DNA of 64,000 bases from Afipia sp. (GTDB taxonomy: Bacteria; Pseudomonadota; Alphaproteobacteria; Rhizobiales; Xanthobacteraceae), in the NCBI GenBank assembly GCA_016201045.1, contig JACQDM010000001.1, forward strand, positions 605,617 through 669,616, read 5' to 3'. Of this stretch, positions 9,878 through 18,216 are shown piece by piece. A program made the position numbers and the translations under genes. The first letter of the stretch is position 1. Each line of letters starts with the position of its first letter. Under the pieces are notes generated by a model. That model did not search any database, was not told where the DNA came from, and was given only the letters and a program-made list of their open reading frames with translations.

Positions 9878-10417
9878 TCAATGCCCCCCGAACGTCATCA
9901 GCGTTCGCACCGGCACATCCATCGCGCGCAGCTTCGCCGCACCGCCAAGTTCCGGAAGATCGACGATGAAGCAGGCAGCGATCACGTCCGCCCCGATTTG
10001 ACGCAGTAGTTTCACTGCGCCTTCCGCCGTACCGCCCGTGGCAATCAGATCGTCGATCAGAATGACACGCTCGCCTTTCTGAATGGCGTCGGCATGGACT
10101 TCCATTTCATCAATGCCGTATTCCAGCGAGTAGGCAATCTTCACGGTCGTGTGCGGCAGCTTGCCTTTCTTACGGATCGGCACGAAGCCGGCCGACACCT
10201 GATGCGCAACTGCGCCGCCGAGAATGAAGCCGCGCGCTTCCATACCCGCGACCTTGTCAATTTTAGAACCTGCCCACGGCTGTACGAGTTCATCGACGGC
10301 ACGGCGAAACGCACGCGCGTTGCCGAGCAGCGTGGTGATGTCGCGGAACATGATGCCGGGCTTTGGATAATCCGGAATGGTCCGGATCGAGGCTTTCAGA
10401 TCGTTTTCGAGATTCAT
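9878..10417 (-). CDS. apt: Adenine phosphoribosyltransferase
   Basis: [37 protein letters not shown] motif [11 protein letters not shown]. Confidence 0.97.
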   Translation of the reverse strand: MNLENDLKASIRTIPDYPKPGIMFRDITTLLGNARAFRRAVDELVQPWAGSKIDKVAGMEARGFILGGAVAHQVSAGFVPIRKKGKLPHTTVKIAYSLEYGIDEMEVHADAIQKGERVILIDDLIATGGTAEGAVKLLRQIGADVIAACFIVDLPELGGAAKLRAMDVPVRTLMTFGGH

Positions 10418-10454
10418 CGTCTTCGCTTTCAAAAACCGGCGGAAATTCTATAGC

Positions 10455-12620
10455 TCAATTATTGGCGGGCTGCCCGAGACGGAACGCATTCTCCACAATC
10501 CGCAGGCCGACATCGCCTTCGAGCGACATCAGGGACTCCGGGTGAAACTGTACGCCGCCGACTGGCAGCGTCTTGTGTTCGATCGCCATAGCGATGCCGT
10601 CCTCGGTGCTTGCCGTTACCTGAAGCACATCCGGCATCCCATCGCGTTCGACATAAAGCGAGTGATAGCGGCCGATTACCACCTCGTTCGGAAGATTGCC
10701 CATCAGTGTGCCGCCGCGCACCTGAATGCGTGACGGACGCCCGTGTGCGGGCAACGGCAGCTGTCCGAGCTTGCCGCCGAAATATTCGCCGATAGATTGC
10801 ACGCCGAGACAGACGCCAAATATTGGCAGCTTCTTCTTCAATGCCGCATCGATAAAGCGCGACACGCCGAAATCCTCCGGACGGCCCGGACCCGGCGAGA
10901 GCACCAGCAGATCGTACTTCTGCTTCTCGAGCAATTCGAGTGCGTGCGTGTGGCGCGTCACGCTGACCTCCGCGCCGACCTGCCGGAAATAATCGGCAAG
11001 CATATGCACGAAGGAGTCGTCGTGATCGATCAGCAGAACCTTTTTACCCGAACCTGTCGCGTCCGGCGCGAACGCCGACAGCGGCTTCGGCGGATCGCCG
11101 CGCAGCGCCTGAAACAGCGCCGCCGCCTTGGTCTGACATTCCTTTTCTTCGGCGACCGGGTCGCTGTCGAACAATAGCGTCGCGCCGACGCGCACTTCGG
11201 CCAGACCGTCCTTCATGCGAATGGTACGGATCGTCAGCCCCGTGTTGATGCTGCCGTCGAACCCGATGAAGCCGAGCGCGCCGGCGTACCAGCGCCGCGA
11301 CGAACGCTCGTGATCCTCGACGAACTGCATCGCCCACAATTTCGGCGCGCCGGTTACCGTCACGGCCCAGCAATGCGTGAGAAACGCATCGATGGAATCG
11401 AAACCGGGACGCAGCATGCCTTCGACGTGATCGACGGTGTGAAACAATTTCGAATAAGTCTCGATCTGCCGCCGCGCGAGAACCTTGATCGAACCCGGCA
11501 CGCAAACGCGCGCCTTGTCGTTGCGGTCGACGTCGGTGCACATGTTGAGCTCGAATTCGTCTTTCTCCGAATTCAGCAATTCCTGAATCTGCTTGGCGTC
11601 GCCAATGGCGTCAGCGCCGCGGGCGATGGTGCCCGAGATCGGACAGGTCTCGATGCGCTTGCCGTCGGACCGCACAAACATCTCGGGTGAGGCTGCGACC
11701 AGAAATTCGCCCTCGCCAAGATTGATCAATGCACCATAGGGCGATGGATTGATCCTGCAAAGCCGCTGAAACACTTCCGCAGGCGTGCGTTCGCAAGGCT
11801 CTGCGAACAACTGTCCGGGCACGGCCTCGAACAGATCGCCGCGCGCAAAAGCCTTGCGCGCAGTCTCGACTGTCGCCTGATAAACGCCCGGCGCGTGATC
11901 GGCGAAACCCTGGCGACCGGATTTCGCGTAAACGCTCTGCGGCGTTTCGCGGTCCAGCCCCTTTGTGGATTTACCCTTCCACGAAAACTCGTAACTCAGA
12001 ACGACGCCACGGCCCGTCGCGCGGTCGTAAGCCAGAATGCGATCCGGAATGTAAAGAACGATGTCGCGCTGGTCGGCTTCGCGCGCACGTTTCTGCACAA
12101 TATCTTCCATCTGGAACACGAGATCGTAGGCGAACGCGCCGAACAGGCCGAGCAGCGGATCGCTTTGAGAAGAACAAGCCGCGATGATGTCGCGCACCAG
12201 CGACATGATCGACGCGCGGCGGGTGCGCTGGTCTTCATCGACCGGAGCGTCGCCCCGCAGGATTGTCCCTTTCAGTTGCGTGTCGGATTTTTTCCCGATC
12301 TTGGCGCATGGCTCCTTGAGCGTCTCGGCAAGAAACGCAACGAGCACTTTGCCGCGCTCGTTCAATGCCTCGATGGTGAAATTGACGCCCGAAGATTCAA
12401 GTTTGAGTGGCGGATCGGAAAAGCCGAGATCGAAACTTTCGTAGCGTCCCGGCACGGTCGTACCGGACGACAACACGACGCCACGCCGGCTGTCGAGCCG
12501 CTCGATCAGCTTGTCGAGTGCAGCGCCGCCGGTAAACGTCTCGACGGAGCGCGATACATCGAGGCCGCGCTCGGTGCGGTATGTGCTCTGTGCGGGGAGC
12601 GAAAAAACGGTCCTGTTCAT
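10455..12620 (-). CDS. trpE: Fused anthranilate synthase components I+II, TrpE(G)
   Basis: Chorismate-binding domain (ASPEMFV, PISGT, TVTGAPK) fused to a GATase domain (LIDHDDSF, SPGPG, GVCLG, QFHPES). Confidence 0.95.
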   Translation of the reverse strand: MNRTVFSLPAQSTYRTERGLDVSRSVETFTGGAALDKLIERLDSRRGVVLSSGTTVPGRYESFDLGFSDPPLKLESSGVNFTIEALNERGKVLVAFLAETLKEPCAKIGKKSDTQLKGTILRGDAPVDEDQRTRRASIMSLVRDIIAACSSQSDPLLGLFGAFAYDLVFQMEDIVQKRAREADQRDIVLYIPDRILAYDRATGRGVVLSYEFSWKGKSTKGLDRETPQSVYAKSGRQGFADHAPGVYQATVETARKAFARGDLFEAVPGQLFAEPCERTPAEVFQRLCRINPSPYGALINLGEGEFLVAASPEMFVRSDGKRIETCPISGTIARGADAIGDAKQIQELLNSEKDEFELNMCTDVDRNDKARVCVPGSIKVLARRQIETYSKLFHTVDHVEGMLRPGFDSIDAFLTHCWAVTVTGAPKLWAMQFVEDHERSSRRWYAGALGFIGFDGSINTGLTIRTIRMKDGLAEVRVGATLLFDSDPVAEEKECQTKAAALFQALRGDPPKPLSAFAPDATGSGKKVLLIDHDDSFVHMLADYFRQVGAEVSVTRHTHALELLEKQKYDLLVLSPGPGRPEDFGVSRFIDAALKKKLPIFGVCLGVQSIGEYFGGKLGQLPLPAHGRPSRIQVRGGTLMGNLPNEVVIGRYHSLYVERDGMPDVLQVTASTEDGIAMAIEHKTLPVGGVQFHPESLMSLEGDVGLRIVENAFRLGQPANN

Positions 12621-12662
12621 CTGGTCCTCTTAAGCAACTTGATCGAGGAACGCCATACAGGA

Positions 12663-12693
12663 CAAACAAAAGGCCGCCTCTGCATGGCGGCCT
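12663..12693 (-). terminator. trp attenuator terminator
   Basis: Minus strand AGGCCGCC-atgcaga-GGCGGCCT followed by TTTGTTTG, between trpL and trpE(G). Confidence 0.9.
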
Positions 12694-12728
12694 CACGATT
12701 ATTCACGCAAAATCGTCCGGCCACCTCT

Positions 12729-12776
12729 TTAAGAGGTGCGCCACCAAAGACGGGCTGGACGGGACGGCTTGTTCAT
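12729..12776 (-). CDS. trpL: trp operon leader peptide TrpL (MNKPSRPARLWWRTS)
   Basis: 15-codon ORF read by hand with tandem TGG TGG codons, upstream of the attenuator and trpE(G); the stop codon lies in the loop of the hairpin CACCTCT-tta-AGAGGTG. Confidence 0.92.
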   Translation of the reverse strand: MNKPSRPARLWWRTS

Positions 12777-12783
12777 GCCGGGC

Positions 12784-12812
12784 AAAACAACATTCGCAAG
12801 GGGGGATGTCAA
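12784..12812 (-). promoter_or_regulatory. sigma70-type promoter of trpL (probably leaderless transcript)
   Basis: TTGACA (12812-12807), 17-nt spacer, degenerate -10 TGTTTT; the ATG is 7 nt downstream. Confidence 0.65.
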
Positions 12813-12879
12813 GGGGACTTCATTCGCCGACGCGTGTTGGTTGCAGATTCAAATTTCAAACAGCCACGTTGATTTGCTC

Positions 12880-13347
12880 CCGCGCCCGAAGCGCAGGTTG
12901 AGCTTTTGGTCTCGCCCCTGAAAACGAGGGGCATTGCAGTTAGCCCCTCAAAAGAAGAGGGGCATTGCGCGCCGGAAGGCGCAACTTGCATCGTCTCGCT
13001 TCCCGCATGCAGCCTGCGAAAGCCACGTCCGGAAAGCGCGTCGCCTTGCGGCGCGCCAAGCGCACACAAGTTTACGCCGTTTGCGCAAACCTGAATGCTG
13101 CGGGACTTTTGGCGAAGGGATCGCTCTTCCGGGTGCGGGATCCGAACACCTTTTGGATGTTCGTTCATCCCGGCGGATTTCGCCGCCGTTCGCCCGCACC
13201 GCGTGCAGCCACCGAAGGCAGGGCCACGTAGTTGGCCCGGTCGGTGACCCTTCGCCTCACGGACGTGAGTTTGCGAAACTCACGCGCGCGCACCGCATCC
13301 TGCTCCACTTCACGACGCCTCTAGAAGCGCCCCTCGTGAGCAGGGTG
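12880..13347 (-). ncRNA. Candidate large structured non-coding RNA or non-autonomous repeat element
   Basis: More than 10 stems found by eye, including nested long-range helices; no credible ORF; strong promoter directly upstream. Boundaries approximate. Confidence 0.5.
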
Positions 13348-13352
13348 ATAGG

Positions 13353-13381
13353 AATATAATCATATTACGAAAGAAGTCAAG
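13353..13381 (-). promoter_or_regulatory. Strong sigma70-type promoter pointing into the structured element
   Basis: CTTGACT ... TATATT with a 16-nt spacer, close to the rhizobial consensus CTTGAC-N17-CTATAT; AATAT-N4-ATATT palindrome overlaps the -10. Confidence 0.7.
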
Positions 13382-13400
13382 CCGGCCCACAAATTTTTTG

Positions 13401-13524
13401 GTCGTCCCCGCGAAGGCGGGGATCCATAACCACCGAACTCGAAGATAGATTCGAAATGACGCTCCGGTTTATCGGCAAAACAAGTAACTCAGGGACTATG
13501 GGTCCCCGCCTTCGCGGGGACGAC
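13401..13524. repeat. REP/RIME-like inverted doublet (GTCGTCCCCGCGAAGGCGGGGA type)
   Basis: 28-bp terminal inverted repeats 13401-13428 and 13497-13524 with 1 mismatch; each arm is itself a hairpin. Confidence 0.9.
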
Positions 13525-13558
13525 ATCGGCGGTGTTGATGCGTTCTGTATCAATTTAC

Positions 13559-13596
13559 ATTTGTCATCACCGGGCTTGTCCCGGTGATGACAAATG
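13559..13596. repeat. Single REP-like hairpin (GTCATCACCGGGCTTGTCCCGGTGATGAC)
   Basis: Perfect stem with a 5-nt loop; same sequence family as 14731-14853 and 38914-38995. Confidence 0.8.
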
Positions 13597-13618
13597 AGTT
13601 TGCGGCAAAATGCGATTG

Positions 13619-14014
13619 CTACTTTCCTGTTGGCCAGATCGAAACAACTCCTAAGATTAAGCCGATCACGCCCAGACCCAACGAAATAAAGCTTAGATGC
13701 GCTGCAACTCGGTTGGTTGGGTTAGAGACGCTCCAAAGCCAAACGAAGTTCTCCCACCAATGTATGGCCTTGAAAGTAAACTCCTCTTTCTCGCCATCCG
13801 TCACCTGTAGCCGACGGCGCATTTCATCATCCATCCAAATTCCGCTGCGATCATTCTTTGGCGTATTGCGGGCAACGGCGAGTGTGGTGCCGTTGCTCGA
13901 AGTCACTCTAAAAATTTTCCCAGCTAAGATCGGAGAGCGGTGCGAGGTATGAACTCGCACCATGTCTTCAAAAATATCTTCTTTGTTAGCTTGATGAACG
14001 AGTAGACGAACCAT
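13619..14014 (-). CDS. Low-GC orphan membrane-anchored protein (131 aa)
   Basis: ATG 5 nt after the stop of the upstream hydrolase; C-terminal hydrophobic helix FISLGLGVIGLILGVVSIW; about 50% GC in ~180 nt counted by hand. Confidence 0.7.
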   Translation of the reverse strand: MVRLLVHQANKEDIFEDMVRVHTSHRSPILAGKIFRVTSSNGTTLAVARNTPKNDRSGIWMDDEMRRRLQVTDGEKEEFTFKAIHWWENFVWLWSVSNPTNRVAAHLSFISLGLGVIGLILGVVSIWPTGK

Positions 14015-14019
14015 CTCGT

Positions 14020-14694
14020 CTACCCCAAATGCTTCTTGAAGAAGTCCGTGGCGCGGCCCCATGCCAGCTCGGCGGCGGCGCGGTCGTGCACTGACATGCG
14101 CTGTTCGTTGACGAAGGCATGATCGGCGTCGTAGCGGAAAATCTCGGCGGTCTTGCCGGCCGCCTTCAAACCTTTCTCGAACGCATCCACCACCGCAGGC
14201 GTGCACCAGTCATCCTTGGTGGCGAAATGACACTGCAGCGGAATCTTCACGTCGGCGGGTTTTGCCGCAGCCTCCGGCGGAATTCCATAGAACACCACGC
14301 CTGCCGTCAGCTCGGAAATTTTCGTGGAGCCAATGACCGTTACCGCGCCGCCAAGGCAAAATCCCGTCAAGCCGACTTTCGCGCCGTTGCGCGCGAGATA
14401 CTGCGCCGCGCCCCGCACCGTCTGCGTGGTCGCGTCCATGAAATCGAGCGAGTTCATTTCTTTCCCCGCAGCATCGGTGTCGTGATAGGGCACGACGACG
14501 CCGTTATAGAGATCGGGTGCCAGCGCATCGAAGCCTGCAACCGCGAAACGGTCGCACAGGCCCTTGATCTGGTCCTGCAATCCCCACCATTCCTGAATGA
14601 CGACGACGCCCGGCGCGTTGCCGCGCGCGGCATTGGCGAGATAACCCCTGGCGTCCTTGCCGTCGGGGCGCTTGAACGTGACGGATGTGCCCAT
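14020..14694 (-). CDS. Dienelactone hydrolase family protein
   Basis: VVVIQEWWGL, APDLY, nucleophile motif GFCLGG, YDADHAF; SD AAGGAGG. Confidence 0.93.
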   Translation of the reverse strand: MGTSVTFKRPDGKDARGYLANAARGNAPGVVVIQEWWGLQDQIKGLCDRFAVAGFDALAPDLYNGVVVPYHDTDAAGKEMNSLDFMDATTQTVRGAAQYLARNGAKVGLTGFCLGGAVTVIGSTKISELTAGVVFYGIPPEAAAKPADVKIPLQCHFATKDDWCTPAVVDAFEKGLKAAGKTAEIFRYDADHAFVNEQRMSVHDRAAAELAWGRATDFFKKHLG

Positions 14695-14730
14695 TTGATT
14701 TCCTCCTTGAATTTATTTGCTCTCTCAATT

Positions 14731-14853
14731 GTCATGCCCGGACATAGCCGTCTGAAGGACGGCGTCGCTTCGCTCGCCTATGTGCCGGGCATCCCGATAA
14801 CTTGAATACAGTGTTCTCTTGGTCGGGATCGCCGGGACAAGCCCGGCGATGAC
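14731..14853. repeat. REP/RIME-like doublet with an internal hairpin insert
   Basis: GTCATGCCCGGACATAGCCGTCTGAAGGACGGC...ATGTGCCGGGCATCCCGA ... TCGGGATCGCCGGGACAAGCCCGGCGATGAC. Confidence 0.8.
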
Positions 14854-14874
14854 ATAACGGTTGTAGCGCGGACC

Positions 14875-16167
14875 TTATCGCGCGGATGTTGTCTTGCTCA
14901 AGCGCGCAATCGCCCGTTTCAGATCGCGTTTGTATTGCAGGAAGTCGACGAAAATTCCGTGACCGCCGCGATCCTTGTCGGGCGCGTGAGAATGCCACGC
15001 TTCAATTCGATGTCTGAAATCCGCCGCCGCATCGGCATTATTCGTCTTCGCTTTCAGATAGGCGGCGATCAGATCGGATTGCAGCGCACGCCCCGGCCAG
15101 CCAACACCTGCGCCTTCCAGTAAGCCAGCAACGAAAAGTCCGTTATCGTCTTTCGGAAAGACGTTGAGAAATAGCCTCGGCGCGCCCGCACCCGTTTGCC
15201 AATTCAGAGTCGACAAATCCTGCAGAAACGGGAACGTGATTTCATAGCCGGTCGCCAGCAGAACGAGATCGACCTCATCCTCGGCGCCGTCCGAAAAGGT
15301 TACCCTGCTGCCGCGAAATTCCTTGATCGGCTTGCGCAAGCTCACATCGCCCTGCCCCAGATGCTGGAGAACAAGCGAATTGACGATCGGCGTCCTGTCG
15401 TAGAGACGATGTTCCGGCTTGGGCAATCCGAAGCGTTCCGGCGGGCCGACCAGAAACCTTAAAATGGGTTCGTGCAGCCGGGAACGCAGCCATTTCGGAA
15501 TAACGAACTTGGCCTTGTGGTTACCCTCGTCGGCGGGCTTGCCCGCGAGGAATTTCGGTGTGAAGTGATTGCCGCCGCGCACGCTCCACAGCACTTTCTT
15601 GGCGCGATGAATAGCATCGACGACAATATCGCAGCCGGTGTTGCCCATGCCGACGACAAGCACGCGCTTGCCCTCGAAAATCTCGGGCGTCTTGTAGTCC
15701 TTCGCATGCATTACCTTGCCATCGAACTTTCCCGCGATCTTAGGCATCAGGGGATCGCTGAGATGTCCGTTGGCGATAATGACGTTGGTGTAATCATGCT
15801 CGCCGCCGTCGCTGAACGTCGCACGCCATCCGCTGCTGCGCTGTTCGAGCGTGCGGACTTCGCGATTGAACTCGATCGATGAATACAAATCGAAATGTCT
15901 GGCGAAGGACTTGAAATAATCGCAGACCAGCGATTGATGCGGATACGCAGGCCAATCCTCCGGCATCGGGAAATCTTCGTAAGCAGTCGTGCCTTTCGAG
16001 GAAATCAGATGCGTCGAGGCATAAACCGCGCTCGGCGGCGCGCCGTAAAGCCACTGTCCGCCGACATCGCTGTTCTTCTCCACGCCCTCAACCGGCAAAC
16101 CCGCTGCCTTCAGACTTTTGACAGCGGCCAATCCTGCAGGACCTGCGCCGATCACGAGCGTGGTCAT
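14875..16167 (-). CDS. Flavin-containing monooxygenase (FMO class B)
   Basis: GAGPAG FAD motif, FMO fingerprint FDGKVMHAKDY, NADPH motif GMGNTG, LATGY. Confidence 0.92.
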   Translation of the reverse strand: MTTLVIGAGPAGLAAVKSLKAAGLPVEGVEKNSDVGGQWLYGAPPSAVYASTHLISSKGTTAYEDFPMPEDWPAYPHQSLVCDYFKSFARHFDLYSSIEFNREVRTLEQRSSGWRATFSDGGEHDYTNVIIANGHLSDPLMPKIAGKFDGKVMHAKDYKTPEIFEGKRVLVVGMGNTGCDIVVDAIHRAKKVLWSVRGGNHFTPKFLAGKPADEGNHKAKFVIPKWLRSRLHEPILRFLVGPPERFGLPKPEHRLYDRTPIVNSLVLQHLGQGDVSLRKPIKEFRGSRVTFSDGAEDEVDLVLLATGYEITFPFLQDLSTLNWQTGAGAPRLFLNVFPKDDNGLFVAGLLEGAGVGWPGRALQSDLIAAYLKAKTNNADAAADFRHRIEAWHSHAPDKDRGGHGIFVDFLQYKRDLKRAIARLSKTTSAR

Positions 16168-17144
16168 TTCACAAGCTCCGCACGTCCCGCACGATAACGT
16201 TCGAAAACTTCGGTCGCGGTATGCTGCGGCGAGAAACCGAATACGGATTTGAGTTTGTCGTTCGCCAGCACAGGACGGTACTGAATGAACTTGACGTTGC
16301 CGGGGCCAAGCTCAGTGAGACGCAACGCATGCAGCAGCCACAGCGCGGATTTCAGAATCGCAGGAGGAATCGCGACGTAGGGTTTATGATTGAGCCTGGC
16401 GATCTCGCGCAAACTCAACATTCCATCTCCCGCCAGATTGTAAATTCCCGGTTTCGGCCGCTTCACAGCCTGCACCAGCGCATCGACGACATCCATATCG
16501 GCGATCAGCGAGAACGGCGTCGCCGTACCGCTCAATCCCATCACCACCGGCCGCTCGAACATCGCAGTGATCTGGTTGTTCGTTGTCGGACCCAAGACCG
16601 TGCATGGGCGAAATACAGTCTGTGCGAGATCGGGGTATAGCTCGCGCCACTCCACCAGCATTTCCTCCACCTCGCGCTTGTTGCGCGCGTAGGGGAAATC
16701 CTCATTGCCTCGCAGCGGATCGTCTTCATGCAGCGGCACCGGATTGTCGGCGTGATAGCCATAGGCCGCGCCGCTGGACGTTACGACAAGATGCTCCACG
16801 CCGGCGTTGAGCGAAGCCAGCAGCACGTTCTTGGTGCCAAGCACGTCGATTTCCCAGTCTCGTCGCGGATCGCCGCCGACGGCAACGACGGATGCAAGGT
16901 GCACAACGGTGCGCGGACTGTGCCGCTCGAAAATTTCCTTCAAGGACAGATCGCGGATGTCGCCCGTCACATAGGTCACATTGGCAAGCCGATCAGAAGG
17001 CGCGACTTCCCGCACATCCAGAGCCACGATTTCAGAATTGGTGCTTTTTTCGCTCGCGAGTCTTTCGATCAGCGAATGCCCGATAAATCCCGCTGCACCA
17101 GTGACGAGAACGCCGCCGTGCATACCCTGCGCCTGCATGCTCAT
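16164..17144 (-). CDS. Extended SDR / NAD-dependent epimerase-dehydratase
   Basis: TGAAGFIG, TSSGAAYG, catalytic YARNK; ATGA overlaps with both neighbours. Confidence 0.88.
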   Translation of the reverse strand: MSMQAQGMHGGVLVTGAAGFIGHSLIERLASEKSTNSEIVALDVREVAPSDRLANVTYVTGDIRDLSLKEIFERHSPRTVVHLASVVAVGGDPRRDWEIDVLGTKNVLLASLNAGVEHLVVTSSGAAYGYHADNPVPLHEDDPLRGNEDFPYARNKREVEEMLVEWRELYPDLAQTVFRPCTVLGPTTNNQITAMFERPVVMGLSGTATPFSLIADMDVVDALVQAVKRPKPGIYNLAGDGMLSLREIARLNHKPYVAIPPAILKSALWLLHALRLTELGPGNVKFIQYRPVLANDKLKSVFGFSPQHTATEVFERYRAGRAELVK

Positions 17145-18067
17145 GCTGCGCCCTTGTGCGACGGGTGAGGATCGCGACGCTTCCACCATGCAGCCAGCGC
17201 CCAGCCGGAAATCAGATGCCATACCCCCCAACCGGCAGCGACCAAAGCCGCTCCGCCGACTCCGTCGAACTGATTCAGGATCAGCGCGAGGCCAAGTCCC
17301 GAATTATGCATGCTCACCTCGATGGTCAGCGCGCGCCTGTCGTAATCGCTCAGCCGCAGAGCCGTCGCGGTGCCCCATCCCAGACCGACCGCGATCGAGT
17401 TGTGTAGAACGACGAACGGCAGAATCGAGAACACGAAGGTCGAGAGATACTTCATGTTGCCCAGCATCGCGCCGCCGATGAATGCGATCAAAAACAGAAA
17501 CGACAGAATCTGAAGCGGCCTCCGCAGAAAATCGGCGAGCTTCGGCAGATGCGCCACCGTCAGCATGCCAAGCGCCATCGGGATGCCGAGGATCGCCATC
17601 GTCTGGCCGAGAAACGACAGCGGCTCGATGCTGACCTGCCGCAGCAGCGCGTTGGTCTCGGGATTCAATCCAGCCCAGAACAAAATGTTGAGTGGGGTCG
17701 TTACGATTGCGAGTACGCTGGACACGCCCGTCATCGAAATCGACAGCGCCGTGTTGCCGCGCGCCATATGCGTGATGAGATTTGAAATATTTCCACCGGG
17801 GCAAGCGGCCACCACCATCATGCCGAGCGCGATGCTCGGCTGCGGCTTCAGCAGCATGGTGATTGCCCACGTTACAGCGGGAAGCAGCGCGAGTTGCGCC
17901 AGCAAACCCGCAATAGGTGCGACAGGCTTGCGGAAGACCTCGATGAAATCCGACAGCTTCAGATCGAGCGCCACGCCATAGATGATCAGCGCAAGTACAC
18001 CGCCAAGCACAAGCTGGCCGGTCGGATTGATGTTCAGCAGAATGTCGTCGATTGCCCCGCCCGCCAT
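17141..18067 (-). CDS. Bile acid:sodium symporter (BASS) family transporter
   Basis: Multiple TM helices, CPGGNISN, RGNTALS, EVSMHNSGL motifs. Confidence 0.9.
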   Translation of the reverse strand: MAGGAIDDILLNINPTGQLVLGGVLALIIYGVALDLKLSDFIEVFRKPVAPIAGLLAQLALLPAVTWAITMLLKPQPSIALGMMVVAACPGGNISNLITHMARGNTALSISMTGVSSVLAIVTTPLNILFWAGLNPETNALLRQVSIEPLSFLGQTMAILGIPMALGMLTVAHLPKLADFLRRPLQILSFLFLIAFIGGAMLGNMKYLSTFVFSILPFVVLHNSIAVGLGWGTATALRLSDYDRRALTIEVSMHNSGLGLALILNQFDGVGGAALVAAGWGVWHLISGWALAAWWKRRDPHPSHKGAA

Positions 18068-18162
18068 GTGCCCCCGATCCCGGCTGTCAGCGCCGGTTCG
18101 GACGGACGTTAAATGACCGGCTCACACGATGCCAGAGCGGCAGGTGCGATACGGTAGCGCGC

Positions 18163-18196
18163 AAGAAAAAAGGCTCCCGCGAGAGAGCCTTCTTTT
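18163..18196 (-). terminator. Terminator after fbcH (possibly bidirectional)
   Basis: AAGGCTC-N8-GAGCCTT with A/T tracts on both sides. Confidence 0.75.
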
Positions 18197-18216
18197 CGTA
18201 ACGCAGCGCAACTCGC

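Noticed and set aside
12880-13347. RNase P, tmRNA, SRP, 6S, group II intron or riboswitch identity for the structured element
   Set aside because: No GAGGAAAGUCC/P4 motif, tRNA-like tmRNA ends, SRP domain IV motif, GUGCG...domain V/VI ends or aptamer consensus found by eye
12809-13359. Track ORFs inside the structured element (12809-13168, 12906-13094, 12934-13359, 12948-13199, 12965-13231)
   Set aside because: No SD, Arg/Ala/Cys-rich composition typical of translated palindromic DNA, and several mutually overlapping frames
13345-13375. AT-rich dyad as a dif (XerCD) site
   Set aside because: Spacer length and arms do not fit the 11-6-11 dif consensus; better explained as promoter plus operator
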